This document shows, in pieces, positions 1 to 11,593 of a DNA stretch of 64,000 bases; the first letter of the stretch is position 1, and each line of letters begins with the position of its first letter. The translations under genes and the position numbers were made by a program. Below the pieces are notes generated by a model. It ran no database searches. It was not told the origin of the DNA and worked only from the letters and a program-made list of their open reading frames with translations. Origin of the DNA: the human T2T-CHM13v2.0 reference genome, Homo sapiens. The DNA lies in assembly GCF_009914755.1 (NCBI RefSeq), contig NC_060929.1; one strand, 5' to 3'.

Positions 1-717
1 CTTTGCAAATATGTGACTCTGCTGTCCATTATCCCAAAACCCACATACTGTCCTTCATTTTCTAAAAGCAAGGAAAATTGCAGATGGCAACAACCTGCAG
101 AAAACTAAATAGCAACTTAGTAATGAGATGTTTGAAGGAATCATGTTGAGACAAACCAGACTCTAGATAAATCAGCCTAAGTATTTTTCACTTATTGTTG
201 AGGATCTCCATGACCACAGTTTTTGACATGGAAAGAACCTGTGAGAGTTCTGGATGACTGTTTCCAAGAGTAACTAAAAAGTTGTTGTTTGTTTTTCCCC
301 CCCAGAAAGTCAAACACCATTTTTAGCTAAAAGCCAAACAATAAGCATATTAGTAACCATTAGGTGATTTCTAGAACTAAGAATGTTTTCATTTCTTTTT
401 GGTTTCTAATTTAAAAAAATAACATCATCAGTTAGTAGGGTGTACTTTAAAATAAAAAATAAAAATCAAAGGATATGTTTGTATTGTATAGAAAAATGAC
501 TTTCTGGAATTTTATTTAGCTCAGTAAGGCTCACAATGAAGATATACACGATAAGAAACTCAGTATTCCTCAGATGAATATTGAGACTTGAATGCTGTTT
601 TGTGATGTCTTCATATATTTAAATATATAAAATGGCACATCAGCAGACTAAGATTTCTTGACAAAATCACCATTAGATTATAGATATCTTTCTTTCAAGG
701 TTGACCCTTCTCTCCTA

Positions 718-1545
718 TTTTAAAAAATTTTGATTATGAAAAATTTCAAACATGCCGCGAAGTTAAAATAGTATTGTAGTGAACATCTGTATACTCATCA
801 CCTAGATTCTACCATTAACATTTTACTGTATTGCTTTATTCTCTATTCATTTGTCTGTCCATCCTCCTAGGTATCAATCAATCCATCTTATTTCTTGATG
901 CATTTCAAAGTACGTTGCAGACTTCAGTACATTTCCCCCAATTCTCCATTAGGTGTATTAGCTAGAATTCAACATTTCTTTACAGTTTTATTCTTATGAT
1001 TAAAATTGATGATCAATAAAAGACACATATCTTAAATGTGAATTCTGTGTTTTGAAAAATGTATGCATCAGTGTTACCAGAACTATCACAATATTAAATA
1101 TTACCATCACTCCAGAAAGTTCCCTACACCCCTTCCCAGTCAGTACCTACTTTCTGCCCCTCAGAAGCAATCATTGTTCTTATTTTTGTTCCCACCAAAG
1201 ATTAGTTTTCTTTAGAGCATCCTTTGAATGGAATTATACACCCTTTGAATGGAATTATATGTATTACCTTAACTCTGCCTACTGCCCAAGTCAACCTGCA
1301 TTCTGAAACTTATCTGAGTTTACATAGAAAACATGCAATTCATTAATTCTAATTCTGCTCTTGCATAAGTCGTCTTTCAGTTGGCATGTTGTTTGGTGTA
1401 TCAGTAGTTTGATATTTTTTATTGCAGAGGGAGATTCTGTTATGATTATACCAAAATTTGTTTATTCATTCTATTTATGAACACCAGCACTGTTTCCAAT
1501 TTTTGGCTATTATGGATAATGTTGCTGTGGACATTTCTATATAGA
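718..1545 (-). mobile_element. Ancient L1 3' end (L1ME-type), interrupted at ~1221-1356
   Basis: Resembles the L1ME 3' UTR reverse complement: 'attatgaaaaatttcaaaca...cctagattctaccattaacatttt', 'ccatcactccagaaagttccct', 'tttggctattatggataat'. Confidence 0.75.
1262..1352 (+). repeat. Dispersed duplicate A1 (copy of 3063-3153)
   Basis: Manual alignment: 91 bp, 11 mismatches, no gaps. Confidence 0.95.
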
Positions 1546-3062
1546 TCTTTAGATCCTGCATCTTATTTCAGGTTCCCAGTCTCTCCCCACAAAACTGACA
1601 GTCCATTGGGTTTATGTAGACAACTGTGTACTTCAGACTACCAAATAAGTTTCCATTTCAGGCCCTGCTTGGGCTTGATAAATTCAGTGTAGCACTTTTT
1701 TTTTTTTTCATCAAGCATTTGAGCACAGATGGAAAGAATAAAAAAAGAAGAAGTAATGACCTTAGGCATATTCTTGAAGTGTGAATGCACCGTTTTCGTC
1801 AAATAACTTCTATGTGAAATATCAGTTTGCAATTCTAGGAGGAAAAAAAAATAAAAGAATTGTTGTATAATCTCTGTACTTCTTCCATAAAGATTGACTG
1901 TGACTTAAAATAGCCTGGAGTTATTAATGCTGTAAATCTTTCTGAAAGAGATTTCAGTGCTTGTTCTTCTTGCTCTCAAAAAACAAAACAAAACAAAAGT
2001 ATAGCTCTCATATAAGTGACACAATTTCGAACTCTATCAAGATTAGTCTGTTTCTAATGCCCAGGGCTAAAATAAATTGTGAAATTCTTAAATATTTATT
2101 TAAATAACTGAAAGTATTGTAACAAAGTTTGCTGGTTTAGATAGACCGTTTCAAATGGGCCACCTGAATATTTGAAACTTTGACTTCTGTAAGACTATAC
2201 AAGGATGATGACCATATTATTGAATCAAATTCTTCAAAGAAATTAGAAACAACTACTTATGTGTAATTATAAGTTGCAAGGGGGTAGTTGGGTAGGAGTA
2301 AACAGAAGGGTTTCTCCTAATTTATGCAGTTTTATGCCAAAGGTTATTAAAATGTCATCTAAATTCTTTTTTCTGGAAACCTATGACTATATGATCACAC
2401 AATTGAAAATCCTGCATAAATGTCATAGAATGAGTCTTCTAAAATATGGAATAATTTTTAAATTATGAAATGTCTAGAGAGATTACATATTTATTCCATG
2501 TATTTAAAAAATAAATGTAGTTATCTTTCTATTTTGTCTCTATCAATTCACCTACAATATTTCACTTCTAACACTTCTATTTTTCAGGAAGAAAAATGGA
2601 CGCTATAAGCTATTACAAGCAAAAAGAGATAAAGTTGTTTCATTAGATTAATATCAAGAAAGGGAAGTGCATGCACAATGCATGAGATCTATAGAATGAT
2701 ACAAATTATTACTAATCTTACTGAAATGAATATTATATCAGCATTTGAAGTGACAGTAATAGCAGATCCTTTAAAATTTTTGTTTTTATTATTATTTTTT
2801 TTTAAATAGATGAGAACAGAAAACAGGGTATGGGTCAGGTGAGCCATCTGGCACTAATTTTAACCACCATGGAGGAACCAATAAACCCTGTACTAATATT
2901 CCAATCTCTTCACTAATGGTGATAATCAGAACATCTGGTTAGGGTTTTCCTTTACTAGGGTCTCCTGCAAAGATTGTATTAGGTAGAGAAGTTCCTGTTG
3001 AGCTGTGTTGACTATCAACAACAGCTTCCTCCACCCTGTCTCTGTCTAACTCTAGCCAGACA

Positions 3063-3153
3063 TATTACCTTACCTCTGCCTACAGCCCAAACCAACCCAC
3101 ATTCTGAATCTCATCTGAGCTTACATAGAAGGCATGCAATTCATTAATTCTAA
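3063..3153 (+). repeat. Dispersed duplicate A2 (probable donor of 1262-1352)
   Basis: tattaccttacctctgcctacagccc...catgcaattcattaattctaa. Confidence 0.95.
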
Positions 3154-3426
3154 GAGCAAAACACAGTTTCTACTAATTTTGTGCCTGTTCTTAAACTTTT
3201 TGTCTAAACTCTGATTTCTTGTTTTCTAGACTCTATCTTGGGTTTCTGCTACCATATTGCTCAGAATCTACTTTGGGAGCTGACCCTTGGTTCTTCACCC
3301 TCCTCAATATTTCTTCTCTGTGTTCTCAGACATTCTAGATTTAGTTCTTGTTTCTCTAGCGACCCTTGATTGCTTCTTTTTCTCTACACCTCTTAACCTG
3401 CTTGGATTGCACCCAAGAGTTTAAAA

Positions 3427-3482
3427 TAGATGATAGATAGATAGATAGATGGATAGATAGACAGACAGACAGATAGATAGAT
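3427..3482 (+). repeat. Compound (GATA)n/(GACA)n tetranucleotide STR
   Basis: Directly visible. Confidence 0.95.
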
Positions 3483-3804
3483 ATCTCTCCTTTGGCCAAT
3501 CCAAATTATAAGTCTAATTAAGTATAGCAGAATTCTCAGAGCAGAATTCTGAGGTATGTGGATTCTACTTTGGACTTACCATAATTAGAATTCTGATCTG
3601 GGATTTCTGTTCGTCTATACAATGGGAAAGCCATATAGCCAATTTTGTTTCCAGTTATGGCATTCTGTAATAGTATATATATCTTTATGGGAATAACAAT
3701 TATAACCCACTGTGTGCTACTAAGTAGGTTCAAATATATTCAAAGTTCTCCAGTTACAATGACTATCCCCAAATAAGTGAGAATATCTAGTCAATAGACA
3801 TTTG

Positions 3805-3973
3805 CAGTAATCTCAACCTGGCTGCACATAAGAAATATATGGGGAACTTTTACAGAATGTATTGCCTGGGTTCCATTCAAACCAGTTAAATTTAGACCCT
3901 GGGAGCAGATATATATATTTTGTAAAATCTCCCACATGTGATTCTAATGTACAGCAAAGATTGTGAACTACTG
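3805..3973. mobile_element. MER5B/MER5A-type hAT-Charlie MITE
   Basis: Termini cagtaatctcaacctggctgcacat ... gtgattctaatgtacagc...gaactactg. Confidence 0.75.
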
Positions 3974-5664
3974 CAGCAGTCAACATGAGTCAGCTTATTG
4001 GACACAGATATTTTTTAAATGACCATTTAAGGAGTAAATCAGACAACATATTTCCTGGAACAATATGGAATATTAATAAATGCATGAATTCATGAAGTAA
4101 AATGTCCTATCAGTGCGGACAAAGCTTACCTTTTAGAAAATATAAACATAATGATTTTTGGCCCTAAACTTTATTTGACTCTTATATACATACTGGTTTA
4201 TCTAAAAGATAATAACTCATCGATCTTTGAAATATGATAGAGATTCTAGTCTTTGGGAAATTTTTCCATTTCTCCTAATAATTTAGTTATATACATTATT
4301 TTTAGTCAATAAGTCAGTAGGGTTGTGAATGGGGTGCTAATATCACAGACCTGCAAAGAGCGTTGATCAGGAAAATCACCTGGATTTACTTGATTGATAA
4401 TGAATTGATCTCATTACCTTTCCACACTCTTGCTCTTAATAAAATTTCACACATATTCACACAAGTATAAAATAATAAGAGCAGAGGACAAAGCCCATGA
4501 GTAAGATAAAATGCATAACAGAAGTAATCACTGTGTATTACTACTGCAAAAATCAATAAAGCAAATATGTTATTCTTTTTAAGTGTCATATTACAATAAT
4601 GTTTTTCTGAAGACTGTTGTCTGCATCCAGTTTAAAAAGGCATCTGCTTGTGTTTGCTTAAAACAAAAGGGTGGTTGATTTAATGAATTATTTACAGGCA
4701 TGCAATATGGCAACAATGTCATTATGAACTCTCTTCTAAGGTCTCCTCTGGCTACTCCTGGCAGGGTGTCAATTTGCTTGTTTTTATGGTAGGTGCACGA
4801 AATTGTAAAGCTATTCAGAGAAATGAGATTTTACCATCGGACTTACTAATGCACACAAACCCAGTAAGAAAGCCCCGGTGACAAGAATGGCAAAACATTT
4901 ATTCGGCATTAACAATGTGTAATGTGGAGTTTGAGTAAAGAAAGAACCATTAGAATTACATAAAGCTGAAAGCAGCGTTGAAAATGGGCTTAAAAAAAAT
5001 CAGGACAGACCTATGAGAGGAGCTGAAGAGGAAAAAAAAGTACACTCTGTGACCTCTTTCTTCTTCCTGCCATATATACTACCTATCAGTATCTATATGA
5101 TAAGGAATTATTGGGAGTGTTTATGTATTTGCACCCAGTGATGAAATATAAGAAATTAAATGAACTTTGCTGTTCATAAAAAATGAAACAAAAGGCTTAC
5201 AAAGAAAAGTCATAAATACGAAGTAATTTGACAGATTTAAAATCTAATTATTTTATTTGGCATCATCCTACCAATCCCAAATTTTCTAAAACCGCCTTCT
5301 ATTAAGCCAGTGTACCTAGAGTCTAAACAGACAATGTATGAAGGCAAGTGGCTGTTAGTCGGAAGCATGTCAGAATCCAGTGGAGGCCAAAAAACCAAAA
5401 TCCCATAGAGATTTTAAACTACTTTCACATAAAAACCACATGTAATTTGGAACAATTTCTTTACTCTAATCAGTGATCAATGATATTGTCTGACAGAGTG
5501 ATTTGATTGTACTAAAATTTCGTTTTTATAAAAAAATGAAGAGAAGATGTTTGTAAACTAAAACCAGATACTACTGGTAATTTCTTCTGCACGAGCCTAC
5601 AATGCCAGTCCTAGAATACAGGGAAGGAGCTCTGAAGAGAGCGAGTAGGAGTTGTAGCTCTGTA

Positions 5665-5772
5665 TTCATTCTTCCGAAACTATTTGGCGATCATCTCTGC
5701 TAGGCCTGGGAAATGCAGTGGTGAAAGACATCAATATTTTCCTTGTTCAAGAGCATTATAATATGATGGGGA
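5665..5772 (-). mobile_element. L2 3' end fragment
   Basis: ttcattc...tgctaggcctgggaaatgcagtggtgaaagaca resembles the L2 tail reverse complement. Confidence 0.5.
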
Positions 5773-6454
5773 ATTTTCATTTGAAGATTTGATGGGCTTT
5801 CTATGTTAGAGGTTTTGGTAGAGAACCAGTATTTTTAGCTTAAAATGTTTATTACACTCTGAGGGTCATAATAGTTTAAAGCTATCATTTCATATTTGAA
5901 TCAAAGACACCAAAAGATAATTATAGTAGATTTTCATATTAACTGTTTCAAAGACAAACTCTTAAATGCTAACGAGAAGTGAACAAAGTGTAAAAGAGTA
6001 TGATTTATGCTTAATGCTTGAGCTACATACCCTCTCTTGATGGTCTGAATAACAGTGGTATGATTTTATTGTGAAAATCATAGCCAAGGAAAAGGTGCCT
6101 CTGGTGAATTCGCAGGGCCAGCATATAAATGCAAATTGTAGCTGCAGCATTTTCCATTTTGAAGATGGAAGAAAATCAGGAAAATCATCCCCTTTCCCAC
6201 AGCGAGTAATGCCGTCTCTGACTGACATGGCTTTGAGACTCTGATCAAAGAAAGTAAGAAATTAGCAACCATCAGACCACTGGGTAGGACTGATTAATTT
6301 TCTCTGGCTCTAGTCACAGATCAAATTCACCAGAATATTGCCAAAATACATTTGCCCTTCCTTAGTCCTAGATAAAAATTTGACACCGGGGTTGCCAAAT
6401 CTAGTGGGCTTATCTTTTTATGGTTCCTGTAGTCATGTTACTTTTGTACTCTGA

Positions 6455-6722
6455 GAGCAGCAGGGTAGAAAGGGCTAAGAGCATGGGCTCTGACTTCCAG
6501 AAGTCCGGGGTGTGAGTCTTGACCCTTGCCATGTATGAACTATACAGCTTTGGACAAGCTGTTTAATATTTCTGAGCTCCTGTGTTTTCATTAGGAAATT
6601 TGGAAAATAGCAATTACTATTATAAAAATACCTAAATAATAGATTGACATTAAGTTTAACTAAGATAATTAATGTAACAACTCTTAGTCTAAAAAGTGTA
6701 ATACAAGCTCACAAATATTAGA
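6455..6722 (+). mobile_element. MIR SINE
   Basis: ggctaagagcatgggctctg...tttggacaagctgtttaat..tctgagctc.tgttttcat core. Confidence 0.75.
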
Positions 6723-8002
6723 CTTTTATTTTTATTTTAAATGTTCTAGTTTCCCTACCAATATCCAACCCCTGGCAATCTTTTAATACTGAGTCACCAT
6801 AGCAATTTGTAAGTAAGCCATATGAGACCCCAAGTCTACCAGTTGCATGCCTGGGAACCATCACACAAGAGAAAGGCAGAAGAATGGCATTTGAAAATTA
6901 AATCAAATTTTCATGTGCTGACTATAAACTCTAACTTCTATGAAGAACTGAAGGATTTATCCCTCTATTTGCATTAATTCCACCCCCAACCAGTGAGAAC
7001 TGTGATATATGCATCAAGGGCAAGGGCAACAGGGCCACCCCACTCCAGGGCACCTCGCAAAGAAAGAGATCAAGGGCTCTTCCTGCTGGAAGAGTACTCT
7101 TTAGACTGGTTTCCTTCAGGATTTATTTTCTCTTTGGAATATGTGCATTTTCTTCTTCAAATTTCTTCATGTTAGTTTGTCCCTCCTTCTCTCCTAAGCT
7201 ACAAGTAAGGGACTTAACATTGTCTCTTGTTTGGGAAGAGTTTCTGAAATGGGAGATTCACAACTCAGATGGGATCCACGGGAAAGAAACAAGGGAAGCT
7301 GTGCTCTAGGGGGAAGGACTTTTCCATGCATAGGATTTTCACTTTACTATGTGGTTATGGCTCAAGGACAAAAACCAAGGAAGAGAGGCCAATGGGATCT
7401 GTGTTCCTTTAGCCAGCAAGGTAGGAGACCACAAAGGGTCCAGAGACTCTAGAATTAATTAAGAGTTCACTCACTGAGAGGATCTCTTCTGCAGTAGCTA
7501 TTCTTCAGAAATATCTGGGTGTGGTATTCAGTGATGAAGGGTTCCAGGATTCTAATTCTTTTAACATACTCTGGAGTATGAGGGAACAGAATTGATGTTT
7601 ATTATCAATAGTAAGAAATGCCATTTAATTAAACACTTTTTGGAAAATCAAATTTGACTTATATCTTGCTCATTTAACTTCACTGTTTTTACTGGCTTGA
7701 CAAAACAATGCTATTAATAATACCTGTCATATAAGGCCTATAATCAGCAAAAAAACAAGAAGTGAGGAATCAAATATACATTTTTTCTGACTCCCTTATA
7801 GTTAATCTCAATTTCATATTTATTTTATATTTTTGAAAGAAATAAATTTCAAAACAACCTATTCAAAATGTTTTATAAACCATTGTAATGCTTTTTATTT
7901 ATATAGGTTATACATTATTATTTTTAAAGGATTATACTTTAAAGTATGAAGTAAAAACAAATATATTATTGTATACAATTAAAACAATAATAATCCCAAG
8001 TT

Positions 8003-8122
8003 ATTATTATTTCAATTTAACAGATAAATGAGCTGATACTTGGAGAAGTTTTAGCTTGTGTAAGATCCCAAAGTTAATAAGTGATAGAATTAGGAAATGA
8101 ACCCAGGTGCCCTGAGACAAAG
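8003..8122 (-). mobile_element. MIR fragment
   Basis: ttaacagataa..gagctga...aagatcccaaagttaataagtg..gaacccagg. Confidence 0.55.
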
Positions 8123-8429
8123 TTTTCAATATTTTTTGATTACACTGCAGTTGACTTTTTGCTATAGGATCCAGGTAGTGAGGAATATTGTATCCCAAAA
8201 TAGAAAAATAAGTTTGTATCAACTAATTTTTAGCAGTAGAATGCAGTCCTCATGTGAAATATCATGCATAAAATGAATAAAATTATGTGGGTGAGCATCT
8301 GCTTGATCCCCTCATCTTGCAGAGGCTCTGAGATGCTTCAACTAAATCCAACGGGCTTCCTGCAATGTGGTTTGAAGACAGTTAGTGCCTAGCTCTATCT
8401 CATCACCTTTGTGCATACTCATGTGTGGG

Positions 8430-8597
8430 CAGGCTGGCTATATAGTTTGTGAGGTCCACTGTGAAATGGAAATGTGGGGCCCCATGTTTGAAATTATTAA
8501 GAATTTCAAGATGATGACAACAGAACCAAGCGTGGGCCTTTGTGAGCGCAAGGCTCTGTGCAATTGGATCGGTCACGTGCCTGTGAAGCTGGACCTG
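8430..8597 (-). mobile_element. MER45A (hAT-Tip100) DNA transposon relic
   Basis: caggctggctatatagtttg...aaattattaagaatttcaagatg...tgaagctggacctg; degenerate 8-bp TSD tgtgtggg/tttgtgga. Confidence 0.8.
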
Positions 8598-9566
8598 TTT
8601 GTGGACCAGGATTTACCTTCAAACCCCTTTGCTAAATAGTGCCTAGACCAGGATCTTCATCTTTTATCAGTGATCCTTACCTTTCTCTAATTCATTCTCC
8701 TATTCATATGTATATTGGGGAAAAGTCACTGAAACAGTTAAAATTATATTGTGATAGAGGCGGCAGAAAGGAGAGTTATATGTGTTCATATCCATGTCTT
8801 CTGAGTTTCATTCTCTGGGGGTCATTTTGGAGAAGAGGAGTAACTTTAAATAACTTGAAAGGACTGTTGCAGGTAGTCATTTCTTCCCTTTATTTGTATT
8901 TGGGATTCTAGGAGGACACTTTCTTATTTCATTCAAGGATAGATCACATCAACCCGGTGCTGCACCAAGTCCAGGCAGGGGGAGTCCTTAACATTTAGTT
9001 TTCCGCTGCTTCTCTTGGTTTCTAAGTTGTGTAGACAGAACATATAGTAGCAGAGAGAGAGAGTTTGATTGAAGAAGGGGCTAGAGGGATTGCTGGTGTG
9101 GGGTAAGATGGCTCTCTGGCAAGGGCAACTGTGGGAATAACCAAGACTGGGCTGAATAGAAGTCATAGCCACACCTTACAGAAGTCTGTGGAAAATGCAC
9201 AAACCCAAATAAGATCAAAACCACCAGAGAGTGGTAATAGGCCCCGACTGAACTAAGTCAAGGTGGTAAGTTACCCCAGCCACAGAATTCAGCTGTGAAC
9301 ACCTTCAGGACCAGCAGCACATGGATGCACAAGTGACAAATTGCTTGGGGACAAGGGCTCTGCTTCTTTCCCACTCACTCCTGGAAGCTCTCAGAGGCTG
9401 TACCTGTCAGCGAAGGGCGGGGGTTGGGGTGGTGGTGGAAACAACCTCTGAGCAAAACATGCTGACTCCAAAGACTAAACTCTGTGCAAATGGGCTGTTT
9501 AAATGATCAGAATAGATTGTACTTTAGACAGGATTTGACGTTCAGCAAGTTTTTTTCCTGTTGAAC

Positions 9567-9737
9567 ATTAGGCTGGAGTTGGGAAGTTGGTGAGCAGAGT
9601 GTGCATAGTGACAGGGCCGAAAGCTTAAATAGTTTAAGACAAAATGAAGTATTTATGTTTTCTTTGCATATCTGAGTTTTGCTATGAGTTAAATTTGGTG
9701 AGTCGGCTACATGTGATTAAAAGAAAAATAAAGCAAA
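9567..9737 (+). repeat. Dispersed duplicate B1 (copy of 10656-10825)
   Basis: 171 vs 170 bp; 2 substitutions and one 1-bp indel. Confidence 0.98.
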
Positions 9738-10655
9738 CAATTTCAAACTGTCTGCTAAAATTCCATACACCCCAGGACTCTCTCATGTGGGAAAATCTGG
9801 CGAGGAAAGATTTTTCAAGATTTGATATTACTCCCTATATTTATCCAGTGGCACCCTGTTTTTTCAAAGTATAATTTTCCCACCTCTCTTCTTGCGAAAT
9901 ATAACACATAAGACAGCAAAGTGCATTAAACAGTGCCAGGTTTTTCGTGTTTTCTTCCTAGCAGTGCCCTGGAAAACTGAGCCTGCCAAGAACAATGTCA
10001 GAAACATCAATTGACTACAGTGACAACAACATACCCAGAAGGCAGGTTGTCTGACAATAAAGTTGCCAAAAAAGAAATTGCTGTACCTGTGGAGACTTTT
10101 AGTAGTTCCACGGAGGTGGTCCATAACCAATAATAAAGGCAGCACAGAGCAGCCAGGCATTCTTTTTTAACCCATTGGGAGCTTCCTGAGGATTCTCAGA
10201 CATTTGGCTTTGCTGGGTCATCAGGAAAGATACAAGTCTTACCTATAGAACAATGAACATTTTACTGAGAAAACAACGATAGCCATGAAGCACTTCCTTC
10301 CTCAGCCCATCTTTAAATTTCATTTTGGCCAATGATTGCAACTCAATCTTTTCCGGTAAATTGGCTACCAGATATAATTGCATAAGTAGAAAACAGCTAA
10401 GCATAAGTAGGAGAGCTGTCGGTGGCTCTCCCTTCGTGTAGTAGTTTTGCATTTATGCTAGATTGCTTTAACCATCTTTTCTAACCAATGCTTGAGTGCA
10501 GCAAAATGGCCAACCATGTAAGCAGTAGTAAGAGGGTCTAAGCTTGAATATTTCAGAGCTTAACTGTAAAATGAGTGTATAGTTTCTGGATGGGCTAGAA
10601 AATTTAAGTCATAGATTACATCTGTGTCCAGGGGACTTGCCAAAGTATTCTTTGT

Positions 10656-10825
10656 ATTAGGCTGAGTTGGGAAGTTGGTGAGCAGAGTGTGCATAGCGAC
10701 AGGGCCGAAAGCTTAAATAGTTTAAGACAAAATGAAGTATTTATGTTTTCTTTGCATATCTGAGTTTTGCTATGAGTTAAATTTGGTGAGTCGGCTACTT
10801 GTGATTAAAAGAAAAATAAAGCAAA
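10656..10825 (+). repeat. Dispersed duplicate B2
   Basis: attaggctgagttgggaagttggtgagc...gaaaaataaagcaaa. Confidence 0.98.
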
Positions 10826-11179
10826 GCTGGGGAAAGGCTGAAAGCATGGAAGGCAAGAATAGAGATGAGATGTAAAGGTCCTGAGATAGATGATAAAAGT
10901 TTGGGTGAGACCCTGTCCAGATCTTGAGGTGATGCTGACTTGTAGATTTTTTTTCTTTTTCTTTATCTTTGAAGTCTACTTGTACAAGAGAGGAAATGAG
11001 GAGAAAATGGCATAGACTTCATGATCTTATCACCTGGTGAAGTATCAAGATCTGTGTGTGTTCAAGTGTGCTACACACTTGCAAATAACCCAGGGCTTGA
11101 TCTGCTATTATACTGATGATGCAGTAGTTTTTCCTACCAGACAACCTATATAAGCTCATTTTAGGCAGAAATATGGTTT

Positions 11180-11593
11180 AAGTTAGGGCCCTAACAGGAT
11201 GGCACATGCAAACTAGGATTGTTCAAGGAGGGTCAAATAAAGGAAGTGTACAGAAAAGGGCAGGCAAGGTGAAAGAAGACTGGAGGGGGTGGTGCAGCAC
11301 CCCGGGATAAATAGAGGGGCTGTTACCACCCTAAGCTCGAAGAAAGCCTGAGGAGGAAAATCCTGCAGAGAGGCTTAGTGGCCCCTCACAGACACTAGAC
11401 AGAGGAGGGTGGGCCAAAGAAGGAGAGACAGTTCTCTTTTCCCTTCCTTGGCTCTTCTGCCAGGCGTCCCCATGGGCAGAGTTCAATAGGAAGCCAGAGG
11501 GCTCAGGAGTCCTGAGTGCCTCGCTGAGCTGAGAGCAGGGTTGAGAAGGGCTGAGAGTGGATCTAGGAGTAGCAAACTGAGGATTCCTAGCAT
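11180..11593. mobile_element. ERVL solo LTR, LTR33-like
   Basis: gatggcacatgcaaactaggat...ggggctgttaccacc...ggaagccagaggg...gagagtggatct; similar to 53162-53640. Confidence 0.65.

Noticed and set aside
2570-2640. Splice acceptor-like ttctatttttcag
   Set aside because: No matching donor found at a plausible exon distance.
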